Assembly (NCBI GenBank): GCA_002633005.1
Contig: NMRA01000854.1
Location: 1-64,000, forward strand
DNA length: 64,000 nt
Reading direction: 5' to 3'
Source of the DNA: Phoronis australis
Taxonomy: Eukaryota; Animalia; Phoronida
The position numbers were made by a program, and so were the translations under genes. Every line of letters starts with the position of its first letter. Position 1 is the stretch's first letter. Below the pieces are notes generated by a model. That model did no database searches and was not told the DNA's origin. It was given only the letters and a program-made list of their open reading frames with translations. This document shows positions 12,868 to 25,213 of this stretch, one piece after another.

Positions 12868-15800
12868 ATGGCAACTGAAAACAACATGAAAGAGTCTGTG
12901 GCATCAGCCACGAAAAGATATTTTGTGGCCAAGTGTTTTACCATTGACAGTCTGAAGTCTTGTCAAAGGTCATCCCTGTGGGCATGTAAGGTTAGGAACA
13001 ATCCACCCCAGCCAAAAGATATACTAACAGAGGCATTTAACAGATGTACAGAGGTGATTCTAGTCTTCAGTGTTAATAACTGTAGCGGTTGGCATGGGTA
13101 TGCTACCATGGTAACAGCACCAGAATCCTCTAGTACATGTGATGAGGGAACAAGACCTTCTGGAATTCAGGATTCAGCCAGTTGTAACCGGTCTCCTTTT
13201 CTGGAAGGTATTTGGTATACATTCAAAATCAAATGGAAAACTCTGTTCCTGGATGAATTTGGTGAACAGTGTTTGTCCTTTAGGGACACTAAAGATTTGG
13301 TAACTACAGATCCACTTGTTGGTGTCAATCAAGCCAGGAACTTTGATGAGCTGTCACTTAAATCTGGTAGTCAAATTTGCCAGTTAATTGACAGTCAGTT
13401 TTCAACATTTGTGGCATTGAAAAATGATAAACTTCAGAATCAGTTGGATCAGAGGCCGAGGCAATTTCTTGACATTGCTGATATTCATCAAAGCATCGAC
13501 CAACTGTGGAAAGCAGTTTTGCAAAAAGTTGGAAAACTTGGTCAGATACTTGTCGCATGTCCATTTGGAAGTCATAGGCAAGTTTTGTTTCATCTTTAAG
13601 CAGTGACCTTATTTTATGTTTTCTTGGTCTACTTCCAACCAGTTTTGAATAATTGCCAAACTGCTAAAATCCCATACAACAATAAGCAAGTCAAAGGTGT
13701 CATCTTCAATGTTTGAATAAATCAAGTCTGTAATATACAGTACTGTACGCACAAAAATAATTGCCAAAATGTTCATGTGTCATTTTTCAATGGCTGATTG
13801 TCCTAATTAAGTATACAAATGATGGGAACATTATAAAACTAACGTTGTTTTGTGACTTGAACATACATGGACTGCAAACCATTTTAGTAATGCACTAAAA
13901 TATTCTTTATTCTTGTGTAAAAATTTTATTAAAATAGAATAACAGTTGTCAGCCATATTGTGTGCTAAATAAGTGACGAATTGGAGGAAATTTTGAAGCT
14001 GTCCCTTTAGTATGGCTTCAAAGTGGCATTGGCCTGCTCTTGAAAGGATGCTAAACCCCGTTTTGGTTATTTCAACCAATTCTCATTCTGCCATCATCTG
14101 CATCCCATCTGAGAGATTAAAACAAGATTCATCTGATATACATACCCTCTGTGTCACATATTGGATATTGGTAGGAGGTCTTTCCCTACAGTTGTCGTGT
14201 AACTCGCGTAGATCACGCTTGTCGAATTAGCAGGCTTTGTAAGAAATTTTCATATCTTGCTCCAAGTATTTGAGGGTTGTCAAGGGTTACAGGCTTCATT
14301 TTGTTTCAGAGAATTAAATGTGAAAGTTGTTTCAATATCTGTTCATATCCTTTTAACTCTGCTAAGTAAGGTATAAACAGCAACTGTACTAATTCAATTT
14401 CAAAATATCCTACACTACACTTACTAATCTGCATGCACCAGTCTTTAGGCCCATACAGCCAAAATAATGCATTTACCAAAGGAAAAAGTGTGGCCCTAGT
14501 GTTTCTCATGTAGGTTTATACACTGAAGCTTTGCAGCTGTTCCTTGCGTTAAACTGTATATTTTGGGTTTGTCAATTTTTACTGTCATTTGTACCCGTCA
14601 ATGTGGACTGTTTTGTAAGTGCTGTTTAGTGCTGTTTTAGTTAATGTTCTCTCAGTGTTACTCTAGTGGTTCACATAAAGGTGCGTACGGCACCTAATTC
14701 GTGATGAAAATAGGTGCATGTTTGCATGTAGACACATGGGCCTAAATAAATGCACACACAGTAATTTGTGGTGTGAGCAAAAAAAGAAACAACCTGTGAA
14801 GGGATGTCTTTTACATCATTGGTGTGTCTCGCGGAAATATGGGACCACATCACAGTCGGTATTTTCTGGACACTAGCCAATGTTGATTTTCTCTGGACGT
14901 TTTTTTCCGCGAAAGTCTCTCTTAAAATCATTTTTCTACTTGCATATGTCATGCCACATTCAATTCAAAGGAGCTCATTTAAAGCGCTGGTCTCATTTTT
15001 CAAAATTAATCTGTTGTTGACAGCTCATAAAGATCTTCGACATTCCACAACACAACATTGCATTTTGACTACAATAATCCTAACATCTGAATGTTTCTGT
15101 TTTATCCCACTCATCACAATAACTTTCATACTCTATTGTATTGTGAAAGTTGTGTTATATTTTGAAGTCTCTGATCTGAGGTGACACTGATTACATAATT
15201 ACATAGGGATGTATTGAAGTGCTTGACTGAAATCGAATAAGGCATTGGACATTCCAATTAAGCAAACAGTACAATATCTGTGTAGCTCTTCTACAGTATT
15301 GTTCTTTATGTTAAAAGATGGGCGTTATTTTGGTGTGAAACGTTATTTTTCTTTAAGTCTCCATCCACATTACAAGTGAACTGTAGGTTGTGTTGAATGT
15401 TGTCCACCAAGGGTTCTGTCACCATTTAGCAACACAATTTATTTAACACAGTTAAGCTCATAAATAGTTTGTCAAACGAGTGACAAGGAGGTGGCGGTTG
15501 GGTATCTGAAGGACAGTAAGGATTGTCCTCTAGTGGTCACTTATAAGGGTACTGCATTTTGAGAACCTGTTTTCTTCATTCAATAATGGGCATCAAACTG
15601 GTACTCCAAATCCAGGATGCCTGTTACTGTAAGTGACTGTCCATCGAGCTGCCCAGTGGACAGAATCATACATCAGCCATCACTGGTTGATCATAAAATA
15701 GCTGTGCATTCAATCTTTCATTGCTTAGCCTTGTGTTACAGCGCACTATCCGTTATCACCATAAATGTTGCACAAGAGCCAGTTGTAGTAAATTATTGTC

Positions 15801-18800
15801 AGGGTTTATGATGATACTAGGACTTGTTACTAACATGTTCACTGGCCACTTTTACAGGTACAACCTAGCCACTCCTGACAGTGACACTGACATGTTTGTA
15901 GTTTATGCAGCTCATACATCAGACCTGCTGGGATTCAGCCCTCCTCCTCACACTATTAAGGTGAGTATTACTCTTGATACTGCTGCAGGGTATATAGCTG
16001 TTATTCACAGCTAGCTGGCTTGACTAGGATGGTGTATGGTCTTGTGCCTCCGTATGCAACTGGACAACTTACAACTTAAGTCAGTTCAGTCTGAACGCAG
16101 AGGTCATTCTGAGAATATTTAAACCCCTGAATTCAGTGACATGTAAATTTTACCTCCTGTTGGTTTCAACTCCAGACTGCAGCGGTTCTTTAATCAAGGC
16201 TAAATTTAGCCAGCCAGCTCGCTGTATGAAGACTATCGTCAAAATACAGCTAGGTACCACTGTATGTTTTTCTTCCATAGACCCTGAAATTGCATACAGC
16301 CAGGGTAGTTCTGCTCGTCAACTCGTCGTGAAACCTGAATCAGTATGTAGAGCTAAAGACCGGACAGGGTCCATGCAAAGTCTGGGAATCAAACGATGCT
16401 CACAATTCCCGTTACAGGCATTTAAGTGGTAAACAATCTAATAAATGTCATTTTCTTGCGTAATCCTCTGCCTTTTCTAACGAAGGAAAGTTATGTCGTC
16501 ATTTTGAAAACAGTACGCTCGTGACACGCACACGCGTCATTTCCTAAATTTTTGCGACCTCTCTCTCGAGAGATGATGATGATGATAGCTTGGCAGCAGC
16601 AAAATTTCTTCTGAAATTCGATTTTTCGGTATCAAAATTCTAAAAACTTATAATGAAGTGAAATCAGCTCTGATAATTTGTTATGACATGTACGGAACCT
16701 CGTGAAAGAAGATCAGTTGGTTGAAGAATTGTCGAAAAAAAGAAATTGGCCAATAGGCGATGCAATATTTCAAAGTGGCGAAAGCTGTCGCTAAAGTTCG
16801 ATTTAACCGTTCAACTCCACCATTAGGTACTGAAAAGCCAAATTTTTGATGATTGCTAATTTCTAGATATGCCAAAAACCTACATTGTCTCTTGAATGTG
16901 CAAGTGCATAACTTACTATTCGTATTCATGCTCACATGGTTGTTTTCTTATTTCTTTAGAATCAAGATACAGAGTTTCAGGACTATACTATTTTAGAGGT
17001 ACGCCGCTACTGTGAGCTGCTGATGTCTGGGGACCCTCGTTGTGTGGAGACCTTATTCCTCGATTCGTCAGTGATCTACCACGAGTCAAAGCAAATGGCT
17101 GCTCTCCGAAAAGACAGAGGTCACTTCTTGAACAAGTAAGTTCCAATCTTGTCAATTAAATTTCTATAAAAGAATGGAGTCTTTCCAGAGTTTTCAGCAA
17201 GCCAGTCCAGTCGAGTATGTGCTCACTGGTGGCATGCAAAGAAAATTTTATGAATTTATTCCCGGTGTGGTTACTCGGGGGGTGGGGGATTTACACTGTC
17301 AAACCCTAAAGCTTTCCCCAGTGTCATAGAAAATAGACACCTTAAATCTTAACCAAAAAAACAGAAAAGTTTCCACAACAATCTTTTCATGATTATTTAA
17401 ACAAATGATTCTGTTTTTAGTACTTAATTGGGGAGAATGTCCCATGAGTGTTCTGTTAGAGCTTGCTACACTATCAAAACACCTTTTCTTTAATTTGGCA
17501 TTGCCAATTGTGTATTTATTAGCTTTTTAACTGGATTTCACTTACTTCACTTATGGTTGTCAAAGTCTTATCTGCTTGTATACTCGGCCACTTGTTTGAG
17601 ATAAGTGATGGACAGATGTTAGGGTAACAAATTAAGCTTGGTAGAAGTAAGTACAGTAATGGAAAAATAAAGTGTTGTCAGACAAAATACTGCTTGCTCA
17701 TCATGACAGCTAAATTCTGTTACAGCAAACATGTCAGAGGAATGATAATCACTTTTATGGTGGCAGCACTTTATAGATTCGGAATGGATAACCCATTTCG
17801 CCAACGTTTCCGTAAATTTCTCATTCTCATTCATGAGAAGACTACTATGACAATCAGTGTGGTCTTACCAGAATGTTTTGGCATGTGCTGTAGCAAGGTA
17901 TAAATATTGTCTCACTCCTGTTGGAGTTGTGGTGAGGCTGTAGTTGTGGTATAAAGGCGTAAGTCATGAGAATAAACTGAGCTTACAATTGTGGTGATAG
18001 TAAGCCAGAGTTTATCATCACAAGTTAATCGTGGGTATTTTATCCAGAAAGCGGCTCAGGTTAGAAATGTGACGTCATTGGAAGTGGGGTAAAAATCCGC
18101 CTTGCTACTATGACACAAATATTCATTAGTCCACAATTGTTTCGTATTCTAAGCATAATGCAAGGGATGATTCTATGAAGAATCAGAACTACTTTGATGT
18201 AGAGCTGTTTGACTCTAGAGTTGAAAACAATTCCTTGACTGCACTTAAAATTCCAGGTACGATTCTGTGTGGACAAGCGCAGGTGAAACCTGCTCTACAA
18301 AATCCCTAGACTCACACCTCTTGAGTTCCACTTGTGCACCGAAAGTGCTCCGTACACTATGACCAAACTTCAGTCCTAGGGACCAGATTCCAAGGGGACA
18401 GTTTTAGTCCATAGCTGGAATTTAGAGGTGTGACCATGGAGTCTGGTCCCAGGAACTGGAATTTGGTCATCATGTGTGGTGCATTTGTGAATTTTAGGGT
18501 TGCATGTTTAAGGATTTCTTGAGCGGGTTTTGGATTTGCTGGTCCAGGACTGGAGTGAGATTGCAGCTGTTATTTAGAGAGCGGTGATGCAATTGTTTCC
18601 ACCCCTTATCATTTTCTTCAACTCATTGTTTGCCATCTCTCATATATGAAGTCTGGTACCGACGCAGACATTGTAAAAGTTTTTGTCAATTATATTATGG
18701 CATGGCCATCATTGTGCAGGCTGTGGCATTGATATGATATGGCTATTATTGTACAGGTTGTGGCACTGATATGTTATTGCTATTATTGTGCAGGCAGTGG

Positions 18801-21800
18801 CACTATTGTGATATGGCTATTATTGTGCAGGTTGTTGCACTTGTATGATATGGCTATTATTGTGCAGGCATGGCATTGATATGATATCGCTATTATTGTA
18901 CAAGTTGTGGCACTGATATGATATTGCTATTTTTGTGCAGGCAATGGTACTGATATGATATGGCTATCATTGTGCAGCTGTGACACTGATATGTTATGGC
19001 TATCATTGTGCAGGCTGTGACACTGATATGATATGGCTATTATTGTACTGGTTGTGGCACTGATATAATGTGGCTATTATTGTGCAGGCTGTGGCACTTG
19101 TATGATATGGCTATTATTGTGCAGGCATGGCACTGATATGATATGGCTATTATCGGCAGGTTGTGGCGCTGATATTATATGGCTATTATTGTACAAGTTG
19201 TGGCACTGATATAATATTGCTATTATTGTGCAGGCTGTGGCACTTATGGCTAATATTGTACAGGCTGTGGCACTGATTTGATATGGCTATTGTTGTGCAT
19301 ACTGGCACTGAATGAAATGAGACTACTGTCATTTTCTGTCATTAAATAGACATTGATTTGGTTCTGTTGAAGACTTTGCCTGGAAAAGTATTTGAGAGAT
19401 GCAACAGGAGCACGAGGCTTGAAGCAGATAGAGAAAATACATAAAGGTTCCTCTACCAAAGGGTCCACCAAACTGAATAAGCTGTTTTATATAGTCATTA
19501 GACTCTTGCAAAACGCACGGTGAGTTTGAATTCTTGCATTGTATAATGGGGTATTTCTTATAGCCTTTGTGCTATTTAGATATCATAAACAACACTTTGC
19601 AATTGTTTCCATTATGTGCAGCTAGGAAATCAGTCTTTGAAAAAGAGAAAAATTAGAATTTTGGCAATTATTTTTGTGCAGATTGGAGTTCTTTTCAAGA
19701 AGAGAAGTTTTACAATGAAATTGGTCGAAACTTGTTTTGTGGATGAGAAGTTATTTCTGGGTTACTTTGTAATTAACTTACAAATCGTTATTTGTTGAGA
19801 TCATGCTCAGCATGTAAAATCACGTGACATGACAAATCAATTTGTAGAGAGCCCGATCTCAAGCAATAATCAGAGGCGGATCTCAGGTGGTTTACCCCCC
19901 CCGCATAGAATTAAATTAAAAAATGTCGCCAGGAAAACCAAATCAGCTGCAAACACCAAAGAAACCTACCGACCTTGTAATTTGAAACCGTATCCAGTTT
20001 GCCTAAGGAATAATTAGAGGCCAATTTTATGACTAGAGTGGTTAAGTCAAAAGTTGACTGTTGCAGTGAAAAGCTAGCTTAAAGCTGTTTTAAGTGAACA
20101 GTCAAGTTCGTTTATGGACTGTTCTATTAATTAGCATAGTGTGCACATGCAAGCACCATAGGATACTAATGGTGATTACCCACCTGTTTTGTGGAATTTC
20201 AATCTGGGGGAATGCGAACTTAAATAGCCATCGCAACTTTTCTCCTAAGTTTAAACTAACTCTCCAGCAACAGTGCATGTTCTCCGTTGGAAGCTTTTTA
20301 AGGCCACCATCATGTCAGACACAATCAAGTACTTTTAAAAGCTGAACATTTTTTACCGCTGCAGTCATCCTCAGAATGGCTAGGTGGACATGAAGTCATG
20401 CGATGACGTTCTCGCCTTTATTAGGGAAGCTGTCGAAAGCGTCATGAACTGTGACGTAGGTCAGTAACCCTATTTCTGGCATTTATTTACGTGATGCTGG
20501 TTTATGCTCACAATGTTTCAATAGAGAAACTAAAAATGAAGAGGTGAATGTTAAGTTCAACATGGTTGTCACTAAGACTTGTTTAGAGCCCTGGGCGATA
20601 CATCTGATTTGGATGTTACTTTGGCGTGTAACAGTCGAATATTGCCTGCAATCATAAATGGATATTTTATCATTTTGCAGAAATATTGCCATGAAGGAAG
20701 ATCTGACAGTTTTCCGACCATATGGCTCAAAAGATCGAGACTTGCTTATGTCAGTAAGAAAAGGAGAATTTGGATATGAAGATATGAAGATTATGACAGA
20801 TAGGTGAGTGNATTGTGACAGATAGGTGAGTGCACTAGATTATGGCAGATAGGAGAGTGCACTAGATTATGACAGATAGGTGAGTGCACTAGATTATGGT
20901 AGATAGGAGAGTGCACTAGATTATGACAGATAGGTGAGTGCACTAGATTATGACAGATAGGTGCATGCACTAGATAATGACAAGATAGGTGAGTGCACTA
21001 GATTGTGACAGATAGGTGAGTGCCCTAGATTATGACAGATAGGAGAATGCACTAGATTATGACAGATAGGTGAGTGCACTAGATTATGACGGGTAGGTGA
21101 GTGCACTAGATTATGACAGATAGGTGAGTGTACCAGATTTTGATGCAAGTCTTTCTCACTGAACAGCCAGTAAGGGTTATCTCCTATTGTTTAGCAGACC
21201 ACGCGGTACGGCAAAAAGGGATAATTTTGGCAAACAATATTTCATTGTCACAAGGTGTTTAAGTATGATTACTTTATTTTTATTTCTGTGCAGTTGTGCA
21301 GATAGTCTGTTGTAATGTTTTGAACATGAATGTTGAATTAAAGACTGTACACAGTTACTACCTTTTCACAAGAATGTACAAAAAGTTTGCGTTGGGGAAG
21401 TACATTTTTACTTGTAGTCTATAATTTTGACGTCTCATGAATAGCGATTCGAAATAACGTATTTAGCGTTTCTTGATATCAGAACAAATTTGTTTTGTTT
21501 ACGTTGTCTTTGCACAGTAAACACCAACACTGAATTTATAAGCATCCTCACAGCTTATATTAACTGAATACTGGCCTATAAATATGCCGATATCCACTTT
21601 CGGAGGAACAGAAAAGCATTATCTTTTGTGCACTCGTGAAATTGACAATTGTGAGCAGTCACTTGCGCATAGCTTGAACTTGGTGTTTTAACTTGCAATC
21701 AGAGAAAGTTTAGTGATTAAAATAATATTTCTTTCCTTTTCAGAATGATAGAGGACATCCAAGGATATCAAATAATTGATGAACATGTAGATTTCGGCTT

Positions 21801-21864
21801 TCTAGAACAATGGTTGCTTGACATTCGCTATAAAGACTTTGTCTCATTGTACACTCCACCTTGA
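12868..21864 (+). CDS. YTH-domain + RlaP/YcgL-like (DNA polymerase beta superfamily) nucleotidyltransferase fusion protein, 459 aa
   Basis: Six coding exons with consistent phases: 12868-13577 (GC donor), 15858-15960, 16960-17135, 19373-19519, 20681-20803, 21744-21864 = 1380 nt, open. Residues ~16-175 follow the YTH pattern (RYFVAK...SLWAC...EVILVFSVNNCSGWHGYATM...FKIKW...VNQARNFDEL...GSQICQLI). C-terminal half: FGSHRYNLATPDSDTDMF, QDYTILEVRRYCELLMSGDPRCVETLF, KLFYIVIRLL, RDLLMSVRKGE, LEQWLLDIR. Confidence 0.88.
16245..16790 (+). repeat. Dispersed repeat, second copy at ~45555-46105
   Basis: gggtagttctgctcgtca...gtgacacgcacacgcg...gcagcagcaaaa...ctgaaattc blocks are shared in the same order in both copies. 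Confidence 0.75.
18695..19310. repeat. Minisatellite, ~38 bp unit
   Basis: gctattattgtgcaggctgtggcactgatatgatatg repeated about 15 times in intron 3 of the fusion gene. Confidence 0.9.
20788..21140. repeat. Minisatellite, 27 bp unit derived from an exon 5 / donor junction
   Basis: agattatgacagataggtgagtgcact about 13 times; the first unit is the real exon end; n at 20811. Confidence 0.9.
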
Positions 21865-22151
21865 TAATGTCTTAGCAACTTCTTGAATTATCTGTTTCAA
21901 CATGTTGGGAGCGAACTGGTTAGACAGGAAAAAGAAAATTTATATGTTTGTTTAACTCAATGCTGACATATCTAGAATGGCATAATGAGTTGGGTCAACC
22001 ATAATTTTTGGAAAAAAATTGTCTGCATAAGTAACAGTGTTTTCTTTTTGGTGGCTTGTCTGTAGGGGCTGTCCCCAAGACCCTAAGTTTGCCTACAGGG
22101 TGTGTCTTCCTAGGAGTGTTTCTTTCCAAGTACATAATGATTAAGAGAATG

Positions 22152-22440
22152 CCACTGCACATTCTGTGTCCATATCAACACACTGCATATTTTGTGTGCA
22201 CATCAACACACTGCACATTCTGTGTGCATATCAACACACTGCACATTCTGTGTCCATATCAACACGTTGCACATTCTGTGTCCATATCAACACACTGCAT
22301 ATTCTTTGTCCATATCAACAGGTTGCACATTCTGTGTCCATATCAACACACTGCATATTCTGTGTCCATATCAACACGTTGCACATTCTGTGTCCATATC
22401 AACACACTGCATATTCTGTGTCCATATCAACACAGTGCAT
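22152..22440. repeat. Minisatellite, 29 bp unit
   Basis: cactgcacattctgtgtccatatcaaca about 10 times. Confidence 0.9.
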
Positions 22441-24338
22441 AAGCACCAGAAAGTGGATAGGAATCCCTGAAATGGTGACGAAGCTATGCCATGACAATAA
22501 TCACTTTCATCAACTCGCAATTTTCCAGTCATATAAACTATGCTTGACTGCTGGTGAAATGTGTTCTGTACTTAGTTATCAACCATTTTGTTGAAGTAAC
22601 CTCTCAAGCAATTAAGCCTGAAGAAACTGGCCTAAATTCAGCTAATATAAATATCTACGTTTCTTTCTGCATGGGTTGACAAAATTCTAGAAAATTTACA
22701 ATTTTCATGGAACTTTTGTACAAAGGTACATTTAACCAGCAAAATGCCTTTGTTGATCCAGTTAGAATATAATGTGTAGTCTTTTATTTAATAAATAGTT
22801 GTGAGCCCCTATGGTTGCCTGGAGATTTCACGAGAATATAGCAACTTTCATTAAAATTTTAGCCAGTATAGCTCGGTAGTAGCCCTTCGTATACACAAAC
22901 TTCGTTTTTAAAGACACTAGACTTTTTGTTAGCGAGCTTGATACTGGTACGTTCGTAATTTCGGGAAAAAGTCTCCTTTCTTCTGGTGTGGAGGAATGAA
23001 GTAACAAACCAAGAGACATAACAAATAAAAAAAAACAGTAGCTCATTGCTATATTTCGTGACTTCATGTCACGCCATCAGGCCAAGAGTGGAATGATAAT
23101 ATACAGAGCGAAATAAACGGTGAAATACACGTGACAGCATACAAGCAGAGAGCGTTAATGCAACACGGTAGAAAGCCCGCAACTCTAGTTCGCACTCGCT
23201 CTGTTTCTTAATCTTGGTATTTTTAAATGTTTCAAGCTTGTTTATCAAGTTTCAGTGTACCTTTGTGTCGCCAGAATCACACTTTTAAACCTTTCACAAA
23301 CTTGCTAAAATCATCACGCTAGAGTTTTTGCTAGCATTTTCGCCAGCACTAAAACACCAGTAGGCCCTAATGNATCAACACACTGCATATTCTGTGTCCA
23401 TATCAACACAGTGCATAAGCACCAGAAAGTGGATAGGAATCCCTGAAATGGTGACGAAGCTATACCATGACAATAATCACTTTCATCAACTCGCAATTTT
23501 CCAGTCATATAAACGATGCTTGACTGCTGGTGAGATGTGTTCTGTACTTAGTTATCAACCATTTTGTTGAAGTAACCTCTCAAGCAATTAAGCCTGAAGA
23601 AACTGTCCTAAATTCAGCTAATATAAATATCTACGTTTCTTTCTGCATGGGTTGACAAAATTCTAGAAAATTTACAATTTTCATGGAACTTTTGTACAAA
23701 GGTACATTTAACCAGCAAAATGCCTTTGTTGATCCAGTTAGAATGTAATGTGTAGTCTTTTATTTAATAAATAGTTGTGAGCCCCTATGGTTGCCTGGAG
23801 ATTTCACGAGAATATAACAACTTTCATTAAAATTTTAGTCAGTATAGCTCGGTAGTAGCCCTTCGTTTACACAAACTTCGTTTTTAAAGACACTAGACTT
23901 TTTGTTAGCGAGCTTGATACTGGTACGTTCATAATTTCGGAAAAAATCTCCTTTCTTCTGGTGTGGAGGAATGAAGTAACAAACCAAGAGACATAACAAA
24001 TAAAAAAAAAACAGTAGCTCATTGCTATATTTCGTGACTTCATGTCAGGCCAAGAGTGGAATGATAATATACAGAGCGAAATAAACGGTGAAATACACGT
24101 GACAGCATACAAGCAGAGAGCGTTAATGCAACACGGTAGAAAGCCCGCAACTCTATCGCACTCGCTCTGTTTCTTAATCTTGGTATTTTTAAATGTTTCA
24201 AGCTTGTTTATCAAGTTTCAGTGTACCTTTGTGTCGCCAGAATCACACTTTTAAACCTTTCACAAACTTGCTAAAATCATCACGCTAGAGTTTTTGCTAG
24301 CATTTTCGCCAGCACTAAAACACCAGTAGGCCCTAATG
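22397..24338. repeat. ~970 bp near-identical tandem duplicate split by a single n (probable haplotype overlap)
   Basis: 22397-23372 is repeated at 23374-24338 with scattered SNPs and small indels; n at 23373. Confidence 0.85.
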
Positions 24339-24974
24339 TGGACGGTCACATTTTCTGTCTCTAGTTCAAATTAGTACACTGTACTTCTGTAGGCAAACGC
24401 TCACATCAAAGGACACATCTGCGCTGGGGTAAGAGGTCTTTGTGTGTCTTGGCATTAAGCAATTGATAGCAAAGACTAAACCTGTTTTGCCATCAAAGTT
24501 TTGGCAAAAATGACGTACCTTTTGGCATAGCTATTCCTGTTTAGGCTGTAGCAATGTGATACTGGTGTCGTTCCCTTTACTCAAGGTCGTGGGTGTGAGT
24601 CTCACTGGGGAATACTGCTAGACGGGCCCTTGAGTTAGGCCTCTACCTCGATTTTATTTATATATTAATAAGGAATAGTTGTGTTGATATTGGGTGGCGA
24701 AGTGAGTCTCGTGGGTTCTGGCTTGGGTCGCCTTAAAGTGTACACAACATGACTCTAGTACCTCAAAATAAATTTTATTATTATATCTTACTTGATTTCA
24801 GTTCCTTTAGTGCACAGCTCATAAAGAAACACGCAAAAATTGAAAAAAATAATAATTATGTACAACGTCATGGGTTGAACCCAAGTCGTTCGCAATACCG
24901 TTCGGATCAGAGACAAAGTGTATAGAGTGAAGAGAATGCAAAGTACATTTAGCGTCGAGAAGGTTCGTAGAGGG

Positions 24975-25213
24975 ATCAAAAGATGTGTTTCCGGAGGCTG
25001 CAGCAACAGCAGCCAGGGGGAAAACGTCTCGGTGTTCCGAAGGACACCAAAGTTGCGCAGAAGTGGCATGACTTCGTGCGCCGAACGAGAGTGTGGGACG
25101 TCATCGTGGACCAAGCGATTCGGTCCGGGGCCACTCTGTGTTCTGCCCACTTTGAGGACTCCTGTTTCGACTCCAGTCACATGAGACGTTACGATGAAGG
25201 CCTGGTTCAATAA
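24975..25213 (+). pseudogene. Frameshifted THAP zinc-finger domain, transposon relic
   Basis: KRCVSGGCSNS in one frame and PKDTKVAQKW...LCSAHFEDSCF in another together make the C2CH THAP signature with its conserved P, W and F; stop at 25211-25213; contig join n at 25252. Confidence 0.7.

Noticed and set aside
22056-22594. His/Cys-rich repetitive ORFs in three frames (likewise 37838-38379 and 56942-57303)
   Set aside because: Translations of minisatellites; no splice or domain support.
22397-24338. Apparent ~970-bp tandem duplication downstream of the fusion gene
   Set aside because: Same signature (single n at 23373, allele-level differences); probable assembly artefact.
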